The notes under the pieces are model-generated. The model saw only the letters and a list, made by a program, of their open reading frames with translations, did not search any database and had not been told where the DNA came from. The position numbers were made by a program, and so were the translations under genes. A stretch of DNA of 64,000 nucleotides from Azolla caroliniana. Lineage: Eukaryota; Plantae; Polypodiophyta. Numbering within the stretch: the stretch's first letter is position 1; each line of letters begins with the position of its first letter. Shown here in pieces: positions 27,479 to 40,490 of this stretch. Where the stretch lies: positions 25,234,001-25,298,000 of the forward strand of contig JBHGNT010000003.1 of the NCBI GenBank assembly GCA_043228905.1. The letters run 5' to 3'.

Positions 27479-28906
27479 TTAAGTTGCCATAAGATCTCCA
27501 TAGTTCCGCATAAGTATGACACCGCCAGCAAAGAGCGCAAAAGCTTTGATTAATCTCTGAAACAATAATCAAACACAAACAATTAAATAGTATCCAAAAA
27601 TTATAAAGCCTTAGTGCCTAATATAGTAAAGAGTCTGCTTGAGAAGTAACAGGCAAAGCAAAAGCATGATGACATTTAAAAAAAAATTGCAACCTATCCA
27701 ACATTTCAATGGTCTAAAACTGCAACATTTTAGCAAATGCATGATGAAATTTAAGAAACTTGTTACCTACCCAACAATTTAATAGTCTGAACTACAATTA
27801 GTCAAAAAATACGAAAGTATGACCAACAGGAGAAATATGTTGGAGAAATGGGGAAGGCTAGTTATCCACTTAACAGTTTAGATACTCTAATCAATAATCG
27901 ACCAAAAGCAAAAACATGAACAAATTATGGAAAGGCTAGTTAGCCAGCTGAAAAATTTAATGTTCTAAATTAGAAAATGCAAAAACATGATTGAAATTTT
28001 GAGGAAGGCTACCTTAGCTAACAATTTTATAAAGAGAACTTCTGGCAGTATGATTTCTATTTGGTTTCCTTCACTCTAACTTCTCCCAAATGCTTTCCTT
28101 GTTTTTCAGTTTCCAAATAAATCCAAATACCTTTCTTCTTTGTGTTAAGAACACAACCTCATCTTCGCACTTGAATATATACATGAACCAATTTCAACTC
28201 ATTCTTGATATGCATTAACACAAATAAAAACAAGCATGTCTATGGATTCCTCTATTTAGTCCTTAAAGATAGCTTAAGCAATCAAAGATTTGTTCAGAAC
28301 ACATTCTCTAATGTATAGGTTTTAGGACCTAGGATTCACCAGGATCTATGATACACGAGACCCAAAACCTTAATTGATAATAAACATATCTGGGCCTCAA
28401 CCTTTAACTCTAAAAACTTAATGCCCAAAGGTTCATCCAAAGCTTCAATAAACCCATGAGAGAATTGAAACACAAAATGAATGTCTCAGGTTTAGGAATA
28501 ACTACATCCAGGGTATATATTTCGACGAATCATTTAGGGATTTCTAATGAGGGTTTTTGAGTTTAAGGGTTTGAGGCTTAGGATTTAAGGTTTAAAATTT
28601 GAAGTTAAAGCTAGGATTAGGGTCAGGTTTGGTGAAAACCCCTGAGTTGTCAAGACACATATAACCATACCACTAATCTATCAAAAGGAACCCTAACTAC
28701 CCCAGACATGAAATCGTTAAAAAAAAACTAAAAGCAGGATATAAAAAAACGCCCTGAAACAGGATATCATGAAAAAAAAACTAAAACACCTTATAAACAG
28801 AAGGAGAGAGAGAAGGATATACCATGTTGGCGACAAATTTTTCGTCATTACTGTACTCTGAGGCCAGAGTTTGCTTCAGTTTCTGCAACACATTAGGTAG
28901 GGCCAT
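27479..28906 (-). CDS. TOM5: Mitochondrial import receptor subunit TOM5 homologue, 53 aa, 2 exons
   Basis: Exon 1 28906-28823 (MALPNVLQKLKQTLASEYSNDEKFVANM, donor GTATAT) and exon 2 27556-27479 (acceptor TTTCAG; RLIKAFALFAGGVILMRNYGDLMAT*). This matches the plant TOM5 pattern recalled from Arabidopsis (..DEQKWAVNMKLLRALGMFAGGVVLMRSYGDLMGV). A CT-rich 5' UTR lies upstream. Confidence 0.88.
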
Positions 28907-30664
28907 AGCCTTTGAATCGACGGAGAGAAGAGCAAAGAGTGGAGCGGAAACTGCAGGGCAGAGAGAGAGAGAGAGAGAGAGGCAGGCGCAGCGGAAAGAA
29001 AGGAAGAAAAACAGAGACTGAGACAGAAAACAAAGAAGAGAGGGAGGGGTGTGCTGCTTTCAGCCCAGTTTAGGGAAATTACAAAACATACCCTCCCATC
29101 CCAATATTTATGTATATATATTATCCTACTATTATGTACTATACTCTCCCATCTCTTTGTGTTTTGTCTATATTCATGCATAATACCCCTAAAATAGTTC
29201 TTTGAAATCTTGGCTTGAACTTCTGTGTCCCCACATATACATCGCTACCTTGGGGCCAACAACATTTATGAGAATGCCGATCTTCTTTGGCTTTCGGTTT
29301 TGTTGCCCATAATCTCTGTAACTTGCCGATCTGGATTTTAGCTGCCCAAAAACACACAGCCTGAGTTTTTATATAGAAACTCTTGAAATCTCCAACCCCA
29401 AAACAAACAAACAAATAAAACCATCCTTACTAATGAGCTTTGATTACACAACTCCTCTATCTGTTTAAGGTGACTAAAACAATTAGGTCATTTATATCAT
29501 TTAGGTGAAATTGCTCTCTTCTCTCGGCCCCCTCTAAATTTAAGGAGTTCAGATTGGTCCCCCATCAACTTAAAGAGACTATGCTGGTTTATAAGAATAG
29601 TATCGGTTGGTTGTTTTAATAAATCAAGTGAAAATGTTTCAACTCAAGGGAAAACTATCATAATGCAACTTGTACTCCCTACGACGTTTTGAAAATAGTT
29701 GAGGTATTTTCCTATCTATCGATTGTACTCTCTACTATCTAGGAGTTTTTGAAAACACTAGTGGTGCCTTTGTAGTCACGTAAAAGAGTAAGGGCATTGT
29801 GATTAGCTTCTCATTGCTAAATTTAGGCACAATATATTTTGATCAATTTCCCATAGTTAAATTATGCGTATTTCTCAAATTTCCAAACTCTTGTTAGCTA
29901 CAAATCCCAATACGACTCAAGTTCAAAAGTCCCTGCTTGTCAAAGAACGAAGGAGACTAATTGTGAATAGTTAGTTAACAAACCTGATCATCTTTATTTA
30001 ATGAATAAAGAGACAATTAAATTAGCAAAAGGATGAGAGTAACAAAACATGGATTTGATATTCTTGTTGGACATTAACCTTTGGGAATCATGGGAATTCT
30101 TGTGAGCTTGAGTAGCATCAATGTCATTCTTGACGTTTGATTGTTACAGGAATAACCTTACAAACCAATCTATAGTTTTAAGGGTAAGATACTCATAAAA
30201 CTCGTTATCCTAGAAAGTAGGACAACCCGTGGGAAATTGAGGGGGTTTAGGAGCTTTTGGTGACATCACATAGTTTCTTGAAACAATGAAAGAAAGAAAT
30301 GATCATTTACGTGTTTGCCATGATTGAATACCAATAAATTAAGGTTTGCAAATAGTCTCTAGAGAAAACTGAGTGAAAGTGGCAAAACCACATCAAGTTG
30401 ACTTGTTTATATTTGCATATGCCAATAGAACCATGAAGGTTTTGAATCGAGACATAAGAGAGAAACAAGAAAGGATGATTACAGTAACTGCACTCAAGGA
30501 GTTGGGAAACAAAAAATTGTCGATTATCGTAATGATACTACAATAGGTAAAGCTTAACTTAATTATATCATAAATAGTCTTTTATGATGATGTAAAGATA
30601 GGTACACGCCTTAATAGCCTTGATTACATGTGAAACACAACATCCCTCCTCCCCCCCAAATGCA

Positions 30665-30850
30665 TGATTTGCCAACACCATGCATTGTGCATGCTTGCTT
30701 CCCACATATTGGTGGATGCAGCACACCATGTATTGCACGTGCTTGATTCCCACCTATTGGTGGATACAACACACCACTTTTTACACGTGCTTGATTCCCA
30801 CCTATTGGTGGATACAACACACCACTTTTTGCATGTGCTTGATTGCCACC
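30665..30850. repeat. 48-bp minisatellite, ~3.5 copies
   Basis: GCTTG(A/C)TTCCCAC(C/A)TATTGGTGGAT.. starts at 30693, 30741, 30789 and (partial) 30837. Confidence 0.9.
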
Positions 30851-31735
30851 ACTATTTCTCTACCTTTGTACTGTAACTTTGTTTCAGTCATGTTGCAATC
30901 TTTGTGCTTAATGTTTCACGACCATGGAAAGAAACTTTCGGGAAAGGAATGGAGCTCTTAAAAAGATTATGAGGTCTTTGTTGTGAAAATGTAGTGATGT
31001 ACACATTGGGCTTACAAATTCATATAGATGGAGAGAAACGATGGAGAAAGGAATTGAGATTTATAATGATGCTATTGGTTTTTGTTGTGAAAATGAAGTG
31101 ATATACGTGCAACGTTGGATGTAAATGATGTTCTCGATTCAAAACCTTTTCAAACATCCAAGATGAACTTTTAGCTTTAGTCAAATGAATAACTCAAAAG
31201 GTTAGGTTAGTGTAGAGGTCATTGAAATATACAAGTATGCTTGAAACTTAGAAATGAACTAGGTGCTTCATTTGAGCCATTTTCAAAGTTCCAAAACGAA
31301 AACCCTACAATCAATGTAATTGAAGTTGGAAGAATGCCAAACTCTCAACTCGTGGAAATTATGTCCACATTATGCAAATACAAGTGTTAGTATTTGCTTG
31401 ATTGTTGATTTGAACTCAATGCTTTTAGATGTATCAAGTTGCCAAACCTCTCTCATCGATCCAATAATGAAAGTAGCAAATTTAGAAACATACATATAAC
31501 TTCTAAGAAACAATGGAAGGGACGATCATTCTAGTCTAATTTCATGCAAACTTGGACATGGACCTCACCTCAACCTAAACTTAATGGGTAAATGTTACAA
31601 AAATATTTAGGCTTGAAGTGTATACAATTGCATGTTATATTTATGTTTGGTTCGTTTTGTTATCATATGGGGCATTCTAGGGTTTTTATATAAAGATATT
31701 TTGATGTTATGAATCATTATGTCAACAATAGCACG

Positions 31736-32170
31736 TAACAATTGGCAATGGTTTGGTTCGGTTTGAGAGTGTCAAAATCGAATGGTTTAAAAATTTTGAA
31801 ACTTGAACTAAACCAAACCGAACTGAACCACGAAATCATTTGAACTGAAACTATTTAAACTGAACGGTTTAAAAAAATCCAAATTAGGTTTGCTTTTCAA
31901 CTTAGGTCAAAAGTCAAATTTAAACATTTTAAACATTTTAAAAAATCATTTTTAAGATTTTTAATTTTTGAAAAATTTAAAGATTTTCCTAAAATGCGAG
32001 GATTAATGAATAGAATTTCTTTTTTAAAATCTAAATAAATCTTAAAAAAATTTAAAAACCATTAAACCGTGGTTTCTAACCGTTGAAACGAAATTGAACC
32101 GAACTGTTTAAACCATTAAGCCACATTTCATGGTTCGGTTCGGTTCAAATTAACCCGTTGCCAACTGTTA
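31736..32170. mobile_element. Non-autonomous hAT-type DNA transposon (435 bp)
   Basis: Imperfect TIRs TAACAATTGGCAATGG / CCGTTGCCAACTGTTA, a perfect 8-bp TSD ATAGCACG (31728-31735 and 32171-32178), many subterminal AACCG/CGGTT motifs and an AT-rich core. An 8-bp TSD is characteristic of hAT elements. Confidence 0.88.
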
Positions 32171-35100
32171 ATAGCACGAGGAGCATAATTCAATTAGGGA
32201 CAAAAAGTTGAAAAAGGAGAAGCAACATTAGATAGTTAAATTGTATGAAAAAAATTTGTGGCTTAGTGTGAGAACATGATTTGCCACTTGGAGTGAGAAT
32301 TTTGTGCAACATTTGTATTTCGATTAATATAAGCTCAATGTTATGATATCCATATCATTTAAAATTTTTGAGAGTTAGAGTGATATAGTAAGTGATGAAG
32401 TGAGGACAAGAGTATCACTAAGTACAAGTGAGGGAGGCATCTTTCTACAAAGCTTTGTTTCGATATTTTATATGTATGTTAGAACATTTTGGGAGGGAGC
32501 TCCCTCTATGTTGGTAACATTTGTGTATTCGAGACATTGGTAAAGGAAGCTTTAACCGCGAGATAACGAGAGAGGCATGGCATGTGCAAGGGAAGGATGA
32601 GATTTGTTATGGATCTCATCTGATGACTCACATTTGAAGTGGCTAAAGAGCCACGACTTTTATTAACACACCTTAATTTAGTGCTCTCTTGTTGTCAATC
32701 CTCCCATTAAGGGAGAACATTGTCAAATAAGGGGCCTAAAAGACATTTATGGCATGTTGGGTGGTAGTATAAAGATGGACATGTGTGGAGTCGTCATTCC
32801 AATACCAATAAAGCACCTATTATTCATTACCGTGTCGATATCCATTACATTCATATAGGGTGATAAATTTTGTGTAGAATCTTTTGCTACTCTACGTCAA
32901 ACCGGATACTAACCAACCACATACTCCCTAAATAGTTATCAGACCAAAGAAGTCGCTTCTATTGCCAAGTTCACAATCACGATTGCGAACGCCTAATAAT
33001 CAATAGATATATCAACAAATGCAAATTGCATTAAATTTGGCTTTATTATGACCACATCCAAATCATATCTTTAGTGGTATATTCAATTAAAGGCCAATGT
33101 TATGTTGACGAATGTATGCATTATCTAAATGAAGAAATATTATCCTGAAGGGCAACAATTATTCCATCGGATGAGACTAAATGCTGCAAAGCACAAGTGG
33201 TACCATCGTGTTTAGGTGTTTTAGAATCTCGAAGAAATTTCACATGGTGCTTTGGCTCTTTGTTCTCTATATTGTTTAGCAAGAAAACTACCTTTACTTT
33301 TTACCATGAATATGAAGTGATATATCTTAAATTACAAGCAAGGAATGCTTTTCATATGATCCTGATACAAACCATATTTTTGAAAAACTCAGTGAGGAAT
33401 GCCAAGCACATCATGTTTTGTTGTGGAACTTCACTTGTTCATTCAAATATATTTGTAGAATGCGTAACCACATCAACTCTCATTCTTCACACACGATGTT
33501 CCCCAATACTCCATCATACACATGCACATGGAAGAATATTTTGAGCCTACTTCATGTCCTTGTAAGTAGATAGTGTAACAAAACGAGTATGTGATATGTA
33601 CTAATGTGGTAGAAATTAGGTTTCTCAATTATGAATAGGTTCAAACGAGAGTTTACAACTGAAACATCAATGGTAAGTTGCCCTCGAAGGTTATGATAAA
33701 GGGGAAGAAACCTATATTTTATGCCATTGAGTTTTTCCTCAATGGTTGGCATGATCAATACATATATTGATTGGATGCAAAAAGACAGAAGAGTTTGTAT
33801 ATCTATTCAAAAGACAATGTTGAAGATTTTATAGATCTCGATTCTCGAGAAGTAAGGAATTTGTTTAATGGGAAGGTTGTCAAAAATTCATCGGTATTTG
33901 TGCATTAAGCACACTTTTCAATATTCCACACATGATTTTCCGAGGACTCATGTGCTCCATAGACCATGTGTCTCTTGCATTCTACAACTACAATGATATA
34001 TAATAGGTAATTCATGGGCACCAAGGACTAGTATCATGTCATGTGAATCGAAGTGTCCATGGTTGTCCGTTCGGGTATGAACCATGATGTGTCGATCTTT
34101 TCTTCTACGATCCGTTCATCTCGAAACTCTCAACAGAGTTGTTTTTATAATATTGTTATGTACTTCGTAGTTCAAACAATTGCGTACTTCAAAGAGAAAT
34201 CACCTTTACCTTTTATGTCGTCGTTTTCAATATCATTTTCTCCTGATCCCCTCATTTAATGTATCATATGGTCAAATAAATCACTCGAAATCCCGATTTC
34301 ACAAGCAAGTTTCCTCCTTCAAATTTGATGCATCCTACTGGCTCAAGTGGATGATTATGTTTGCAACATTATGTATTTTCGAGATCAATATATTTTTCGC
34401 TTTATTTTTCAATTTGTTTATCTATCTATATATGTATATGTGCACCACGACTCTCCATTAGATAAATTTTCATGATCGTCCATACAAGAATTTGAGAGTG
34501 TTATCATAGCACTTTAGAAAACCATGGAGCAATCACTTACTCAAGCGAACGAAAATATAATTCTCTTGTTGTTGTGTCCGGAAAACACCTAGGGTGTCTT
34601 CTATCTAATCTATGTTGCTTCTAGGGGGTAACTCGGTTTGGTTGCATTGACATGAATTGACAACCCTCATTCACCAATTAATGTTGACATTGTGACATGT
34701 CTACAAATCTTTGAACGTTTCTTTTCTACTTACATTTAATTGCAAAGTTTAGAACGATAATGAGATTTCTGATAAAAAGATTGATCTCCACAAACTAGCA
34801 CCAACATGGTCTACAACAAAAAACAAATAAGAAGCGTGATAATAATATGCAATCCTCATAGCGGTGGTAAATTATGGATATCTATGTTGCAAGACAAGCT
34901 AGATTGAAAGCTGGGGGGATCTTCTATAATGAACACACTCATATAACATGAGATATTGATAACACTAGAGGATTTTAGTTGAAGAGTCCACATGCCAGCC
35001 ATCGAGAAGACAATGAGTGGGGGGTAATAAGTTTGGAGAGGCATGTTAATGTGAGATGTGTTTTGACATTGGCACGAAACACGCGAGGTCAGAGTTTCGG

Positions 35101-35394
35101 AAATGGGCATGCATGATGCGCATCTCGGACTGGTTTATAAACCTTGACAATCGGGAAAGAGTTATGTGGAGTGTTGAGATTATAGGGTTCGGCCTGTACG
35201 TGCGCCCACCTCGGAAAATACTCGTGTAGATTGCTTTATTCAGTACACGTAAGCTCGACCATTTTGTAGATGAACATGACTCTCTCTCTCTGAGTTATTG
35301 CTGGACAAAACAAGAGGCGGGTGCACACGGGGGTCCATGGTCATGTGACGACAATGACAGATAAGAACCCCTTGTCATCCTAGGGTTTAGGCAT

Positions 35395-35505
35395 GTACAT
35401 ACATACATACATACATACATACATACATACATAGATGCATGCATATATACATGCATGCATACATACATACATGCATGCATGTATGCATGTTACACACACA
35501 CCCTT

Positions 35506-35547
<42 letters not shown>

Positions 35548-35770
35548 CCGTTGGGAATCAAAACGAGGAAACATGTTGAGCTCTCTCTCTGTTTCTCTGT
35601 CTCTGTCTCTGTCTCTGTCTCTGTCTCACATAACACAGAATACAGAAACAGACTCATTAATGAGCAGTCACTGTATGTAGTCAATGGTAACTAGGCATAG
35701 AAGACAGACAGACAGACAGAGAGAGAGAAGGAGAGAGAGAAGGAGAGAGAGAAAGAGAGAAGGATAGAGA
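35395..35770. repeat. Microsatellite cluster directly upstream of the transporter ATG: (TACA/TGCA)n, (GA)n, (TCTCTG)n, (GACA)n
   Basis: Visible directly at ~35395-35490, 35509-35543, 35594-35626 and 35701-35770. Confidence 0.9.
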
Positions 35771-35771
35771 G

Positions 35772-38700
35772 ATGAGTTCAGTCAGCAGGCCGAGGCCACC
35801 ACACCAGATAGACAGAGCAGACAGAGCAGATCAACCAAGCAAGCAAGCTTTCATGGCATCACCACCAGCCCCGGAAGGTGAAGAAGTCGCCAGCCTTCAA
35901 ACTCACCCTAACCCTATCAAAAGACCAAACCCTAACCCTAACCCTAACCCTAACCCTACTAACTTTGGGAGAAAATCTAGCCCTAACCCTAGCCCGAACA
36001 AAAAGTCTATTCCTAACCCTAGCCCTAGCCCTAAACAGAGCCCGAGCCCAAGTCATAACCCCCCCCACTCACTTCCTAACTCTAAACAGAGCCCAAAGCA
36101 GAACCCACAACGAAACCTCAACTTTCACCACCAAAACACACAACTCAAAAACAACAACCCTAACCCTATTTCTAACCAAAAGACATTTCTGAACCCCAAC
36201 CCCATCCCTAATTTGTCTTTTGCTCTATCAATTCCAGCTCCTCCTCCCGCAGCGGTAGCGTCTTCCTCCTCTTCTCCTTCTTCATCATCATCTTCTTCCA
36301 CATATATATATAGTCGGCCATTGACAACATCACCATATCCTTCCTCATCTTCTGCTGCTGTTGGTGGCTCTCCACAGTTCACCAGCAAATCAGCCATGAC
36401 AATAGAAGAAGGAAGAAAAGAAGAAGGAGGAAAAGAAGAAGAAGAAGAAGAAGAAGCAGGAGACGGAAATGATGGAAAGAAAGGAGTGCTCGGAGGAAAG
36501 CCCATTGCTGGAAACAACCTGAAGACCTCAAAAAACCCTAACAATAACGTTATTAATTCGAGCAACAACACTGATGGTGGTGATCATGATGATAATAAGA
36601 ACAACAAGAAGAAGAATTATGATACTATAGTGAAGGACAGTAAGGATACTACTGAGACTGCGGTGAATGGCGGGGGAATGGACCATTCAAGATTTAAAAG
36701 GGTCGCTAAGTTCGGGCCGAATGCACACGATGGAATGGCATCAAAGCCTCCAAATTTAGGGCCGAGGCTCACTACTTCAGTTGTGGCCAAATTTAGGGCA
36801 TGTGTCGGGGGGTTGGGCCACTTCACTGAATTCAACCCGCACGATGCGTGGCTTCCCATCACAACAGATTCCCGAGGCTCCGGTAGCGCACTCCTCCTCT
36901 ATTCCTCTTTCCACACCCTTAATGCCGGCATTGGCTTCCAGGGCCTCCTCTTGCCCTTTGCCATGTTCTACCTTGGATGGTAATATTTCTCTCTCTCTCT
37001 CTAATTTGTTGTTTTTGGCTCTACCTTTCGTTCTTTTGGCAATTCTTCAGAGTTTAAAGCTAAATTTTTTCTTCTTCTTAGCCCTTACTATTACTATGAT
37101 TAATTTACTTGTTCTTAGGCAGTTGTTTATCCTGTTTTATGCTGTGATTTGTCTGTTGTGTATCGGTGGAGTAGAGAGCCACAGTTCTTCCAAGGGTATG
37201 AATTCAGGAGAAAACTCTGATAGATAGATAGCAAAAGACCATAGACGATGGCTGCAAAAATTTCTGCCTGTATACAGCAGAGAGGTTTTCTATTTCACCC
37301 TATAGCTACCAAAAGAAAAACTAAAGTAAAAAATAAGAGCACAGACCATTTTGGCCTTTTCACACTATGTACATGTATCTATGTATATATAACATTGTCT
37401 TGCTTTAGGCTGTTTGTCTATCAAGTTTTTTTTGCTGTTTTACTCTGTTTTTCTCTATATCCTACGATATCGTTTGTTTTCGCTTGTGTTTTACCCTTTG
37501 CTATGCTCTGGCATGGATATGTTCTCCCTCAATATGTAAACATATCTAGGTTGTGTAAGTAATCATGTGGTTTTTAATTGTTTGTTCCCACTCCAGAATC
37601 CCCTTATGCTCATGTTTTATGCGTGTTCCATATACATCGTGTTTGATGAGTCATGTGTTTCATCAGTGTTTATATGCATTCATGTAAAACGAATGTGGGA
37701 TTTTCACAGTGATTTTGTTTTTGGAGCAACCCCATTCTTTCTGTTCTTCTGACTTTTGTTTTTGCATGTGTGAGAATTCAGGTATTGGGGCATCATTGCG
37801 CTTGTGATCGCCTATATTTGGCAACTGTACACAATGTGGATTCTTATAAGACTTCATGAATCAAACCCGGGATTACGATACAATCGTTATGTGCAATTAG
37901 CTCAGGCTGCCTTTGGTAACCATCCTGTCTCTTCTCCAAAAGGAAAGATATCCTCAGTGGATGAGCAACAAATAAATCACTGTGTTTTTGCTTATAGCTT
38001 TATGATAGATAATTTCCTATTCCTTCTATCTTATATAGTAGCACATTATCACGTCAAAGCCTCACGTAGTTTAATCATTTCAACTTGTTCGTTCTTCTCG
38101 TTAGATGAGACAAACATTTCATTTCTAGCTGTAAATTTATTGTTTGGTCTGATGGGCATTGTTTCCTTTGTGAATACTTTTCAGGTAACACATTATGTGG
38201 TTTAATCATCTCATTTTGTTGCATTTCATCTTATTTTGTTGTTCTCATATATGAGACACCATTTTACTTTCACTTGATAAGCTCTTGTCAGGATTCATCG
38301 TTTTCAGTTCTGGTTTTTAGGTAATCGACTCGGCTTTTGGCTAGCTACTCCGCCCAACATTAATCTTACTGTGGGAACTTCCACAACCCTTATCATCATA
38401 GGAGGAAGTACTCTAAAGCTCTTCTACAAGATTGTGTGCGGCCCTGAATGTGGAGAGAGTCCTCTCTCCACGATTGAATGGTATCTTGTGTTTGCGGTCC
38501 TCTCCATGGTTCTCACACAACTTCCAAACCTCAACTCCATAGTTGGATTATCGTTGATTGGTGCTGTGACGGCAATCTCTTACTGTATATTGTTGTGGGT
38601 GCTGTCTATTACCCGACCCCGACCATCTGGAGTTAGCTATGGTGCTGAGGTTGGGCATACTCCAATAGCTAGCATCTTCACGGTTCTTAATGCCCTCGGT

Positions 38701-40044
38701 ATCATTGCATTCTCTTTTCGGGGACACAACACTGTGATGGAAATCCAGGTAGGAAACAGCATTTTATTCATTTATATATATTTGTGTATTTACATATAGC
38801 AAAGAGTATTCTTATGGACTAAAAAAATGTCACCATATGTTAGTTGGTCCTACTCAAATCCTACTTGTGTAGCTTGTATAGCTATCGAGGATAGTCTATT
38901 TATTGTCCTCCATGAGCAAGCAAAAAATGGCTGTGTTATGTTTCTTGTTAATTCATGCTATTATTAGTATAATATTTGGTAGGCCAAACTTTTTTTTTCT
39001 ACTAATATATTGTCACCTTGCTGAAATAGTCATGTCTGCTTTGACAGGCCACAATGCCTTCTACCTTGAAGCATCCGGCCCATATCCCGATGTGGAGAGG
39101 TGCAAAGATTTCCAATGCTATCATTGCAATCTGTTACTTCCCAATTGCAATTGCAGGGTACTGGGCTTATGGACGCATGGTGCGTAATGAGTACTATTTC
39201 TTAAACAATCTTCAATTGTTTCATGTCAGTGCATGCTGATCTAAATGAATCCATAGTATGCTGGCGAATCCACAAAATGAAAATTGAATAGATGAAATCA
39301 TTTGTAAACTAATGTAAATTCATGCATTAGTGGCAATGGATCTGCATCCCTTTAATTGTGGCATGTGTAAATTAATGCTACTGATTTTCATCCTGTGTGG
39401 CATGTGAATGCTTATATAAATGAAGTCATGTGTAAATTCATGCATAGGTAGATGAAATGCATATGTGAATGTGTATATATGAAATTGAATGGCATTCCAA
39501 TGTATAACTCTGCAATAAAAAGGACTCATTGATTGCTATCCATCGATCCCTGCAGATGCTCTCATCGGGTATTTTGTCCAGTGTCTACGCATTTCACCAG
39601 AGCGACATTTCACGCATGCTCATGGGTTTCCTCTTCCTCTTGGTTGCCATCAACTGCTTGACAGGATTCCAGACCTACTCATTCTCTATATTTGACAACT
39701 TCGAAGCTGGATACACAGCGAAATGCAACCGACCAATCAGCATGCACGCCAGGGTCATATTCCGAGTGTTCTACGTGTTAACAAACTTGTTAATTGGCAT
39801 AGCTTTTCCATGGGTTTCAGGGCTAACGGGATTGTTAGGAGGATTAACTAGTGCTCCGGTCACGTTCGCATACCCATGTTTTATGTGGCTTGCGATTAGG
39901 AAACCTAAACAGTATAGCTTTAGTTGGTACTTGAATTGGACCCTCGGGATAGTTGGGATGTCCATGGCGGTAGCATTCGCAGCTGGTGGAATATGGAGCA
40001 TTGTCACTGCTGGCCTCACCTTACACTTCTTCAGGGCTTCATGA
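35772..40044 (+). CDS. Lysine/histidine transporter-like (AAAP family, LHT-like 8 type) amino acid transporter, ~796 aa, 5 exons
   Basis: Exons 35772-36979, 37782-37915, 38321-38748, 39048-39179 and 39556-40044, all GT-AG and in frame. Motifs DAWLPIT, FHTLNAGIGFQGLLLP, WQLYTMWILIRLHE, RYNRYVQLAQAAFG, QLPNLNSI, FSFRGHNTVMEIQATMPSTLKHPAHIPMWRG and TFAYPCFMWLAIRKP are typical of plant LHT-like 8 proteins. Confidence 0.93.
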
Positions 40045-40149
40045 AGTAGAGCTTGGATAACTATAATGAGCTCATCTTCTTCATTTACCCTTTTCTCTAC
40101 TCTCTCCTTGTGTTTTTGTTTCCCACATTAAAAGGAGGCATTGGTTTGC

Positions 40150-40490
40150 CTGAACCTCGACCCTAACCCTAACCTTAACCTTAACCTCTTCCCCCCCTAA
40201 TGTTAACCCTAACCGTAACAATAACCCCTGAAACCAATGTATTTAATCTTCGTTTGTGATAGTGTTGATGCTTTTCTCAACTACTGTATTTCGCATATCA
40301 AAATATCTTTGGTGGACCCTACTTCTAACCCTAATTCTAACCTTAACCCACTGTAATTTGAACCCGAAATTACCTTAATCTTAACTATTACCATAACCTG
40401 CACCATAGCTTACTTAAACCTTAAACCCTTAAGTCTACGTTTATATCAGCCACAATCCTAATCATATCACACCCTAAAACCCGAAACTCT
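40150..40490 (+). repeat. Degenerate telomere-like (CCCTAA/CCTTAA)n tracts in the transporter 3' region
   Basis: CCCTAACCCTAACCTTAACCTTAACC at ~40161, with further degenerate copies to ~40490. Confidence 0.75.
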
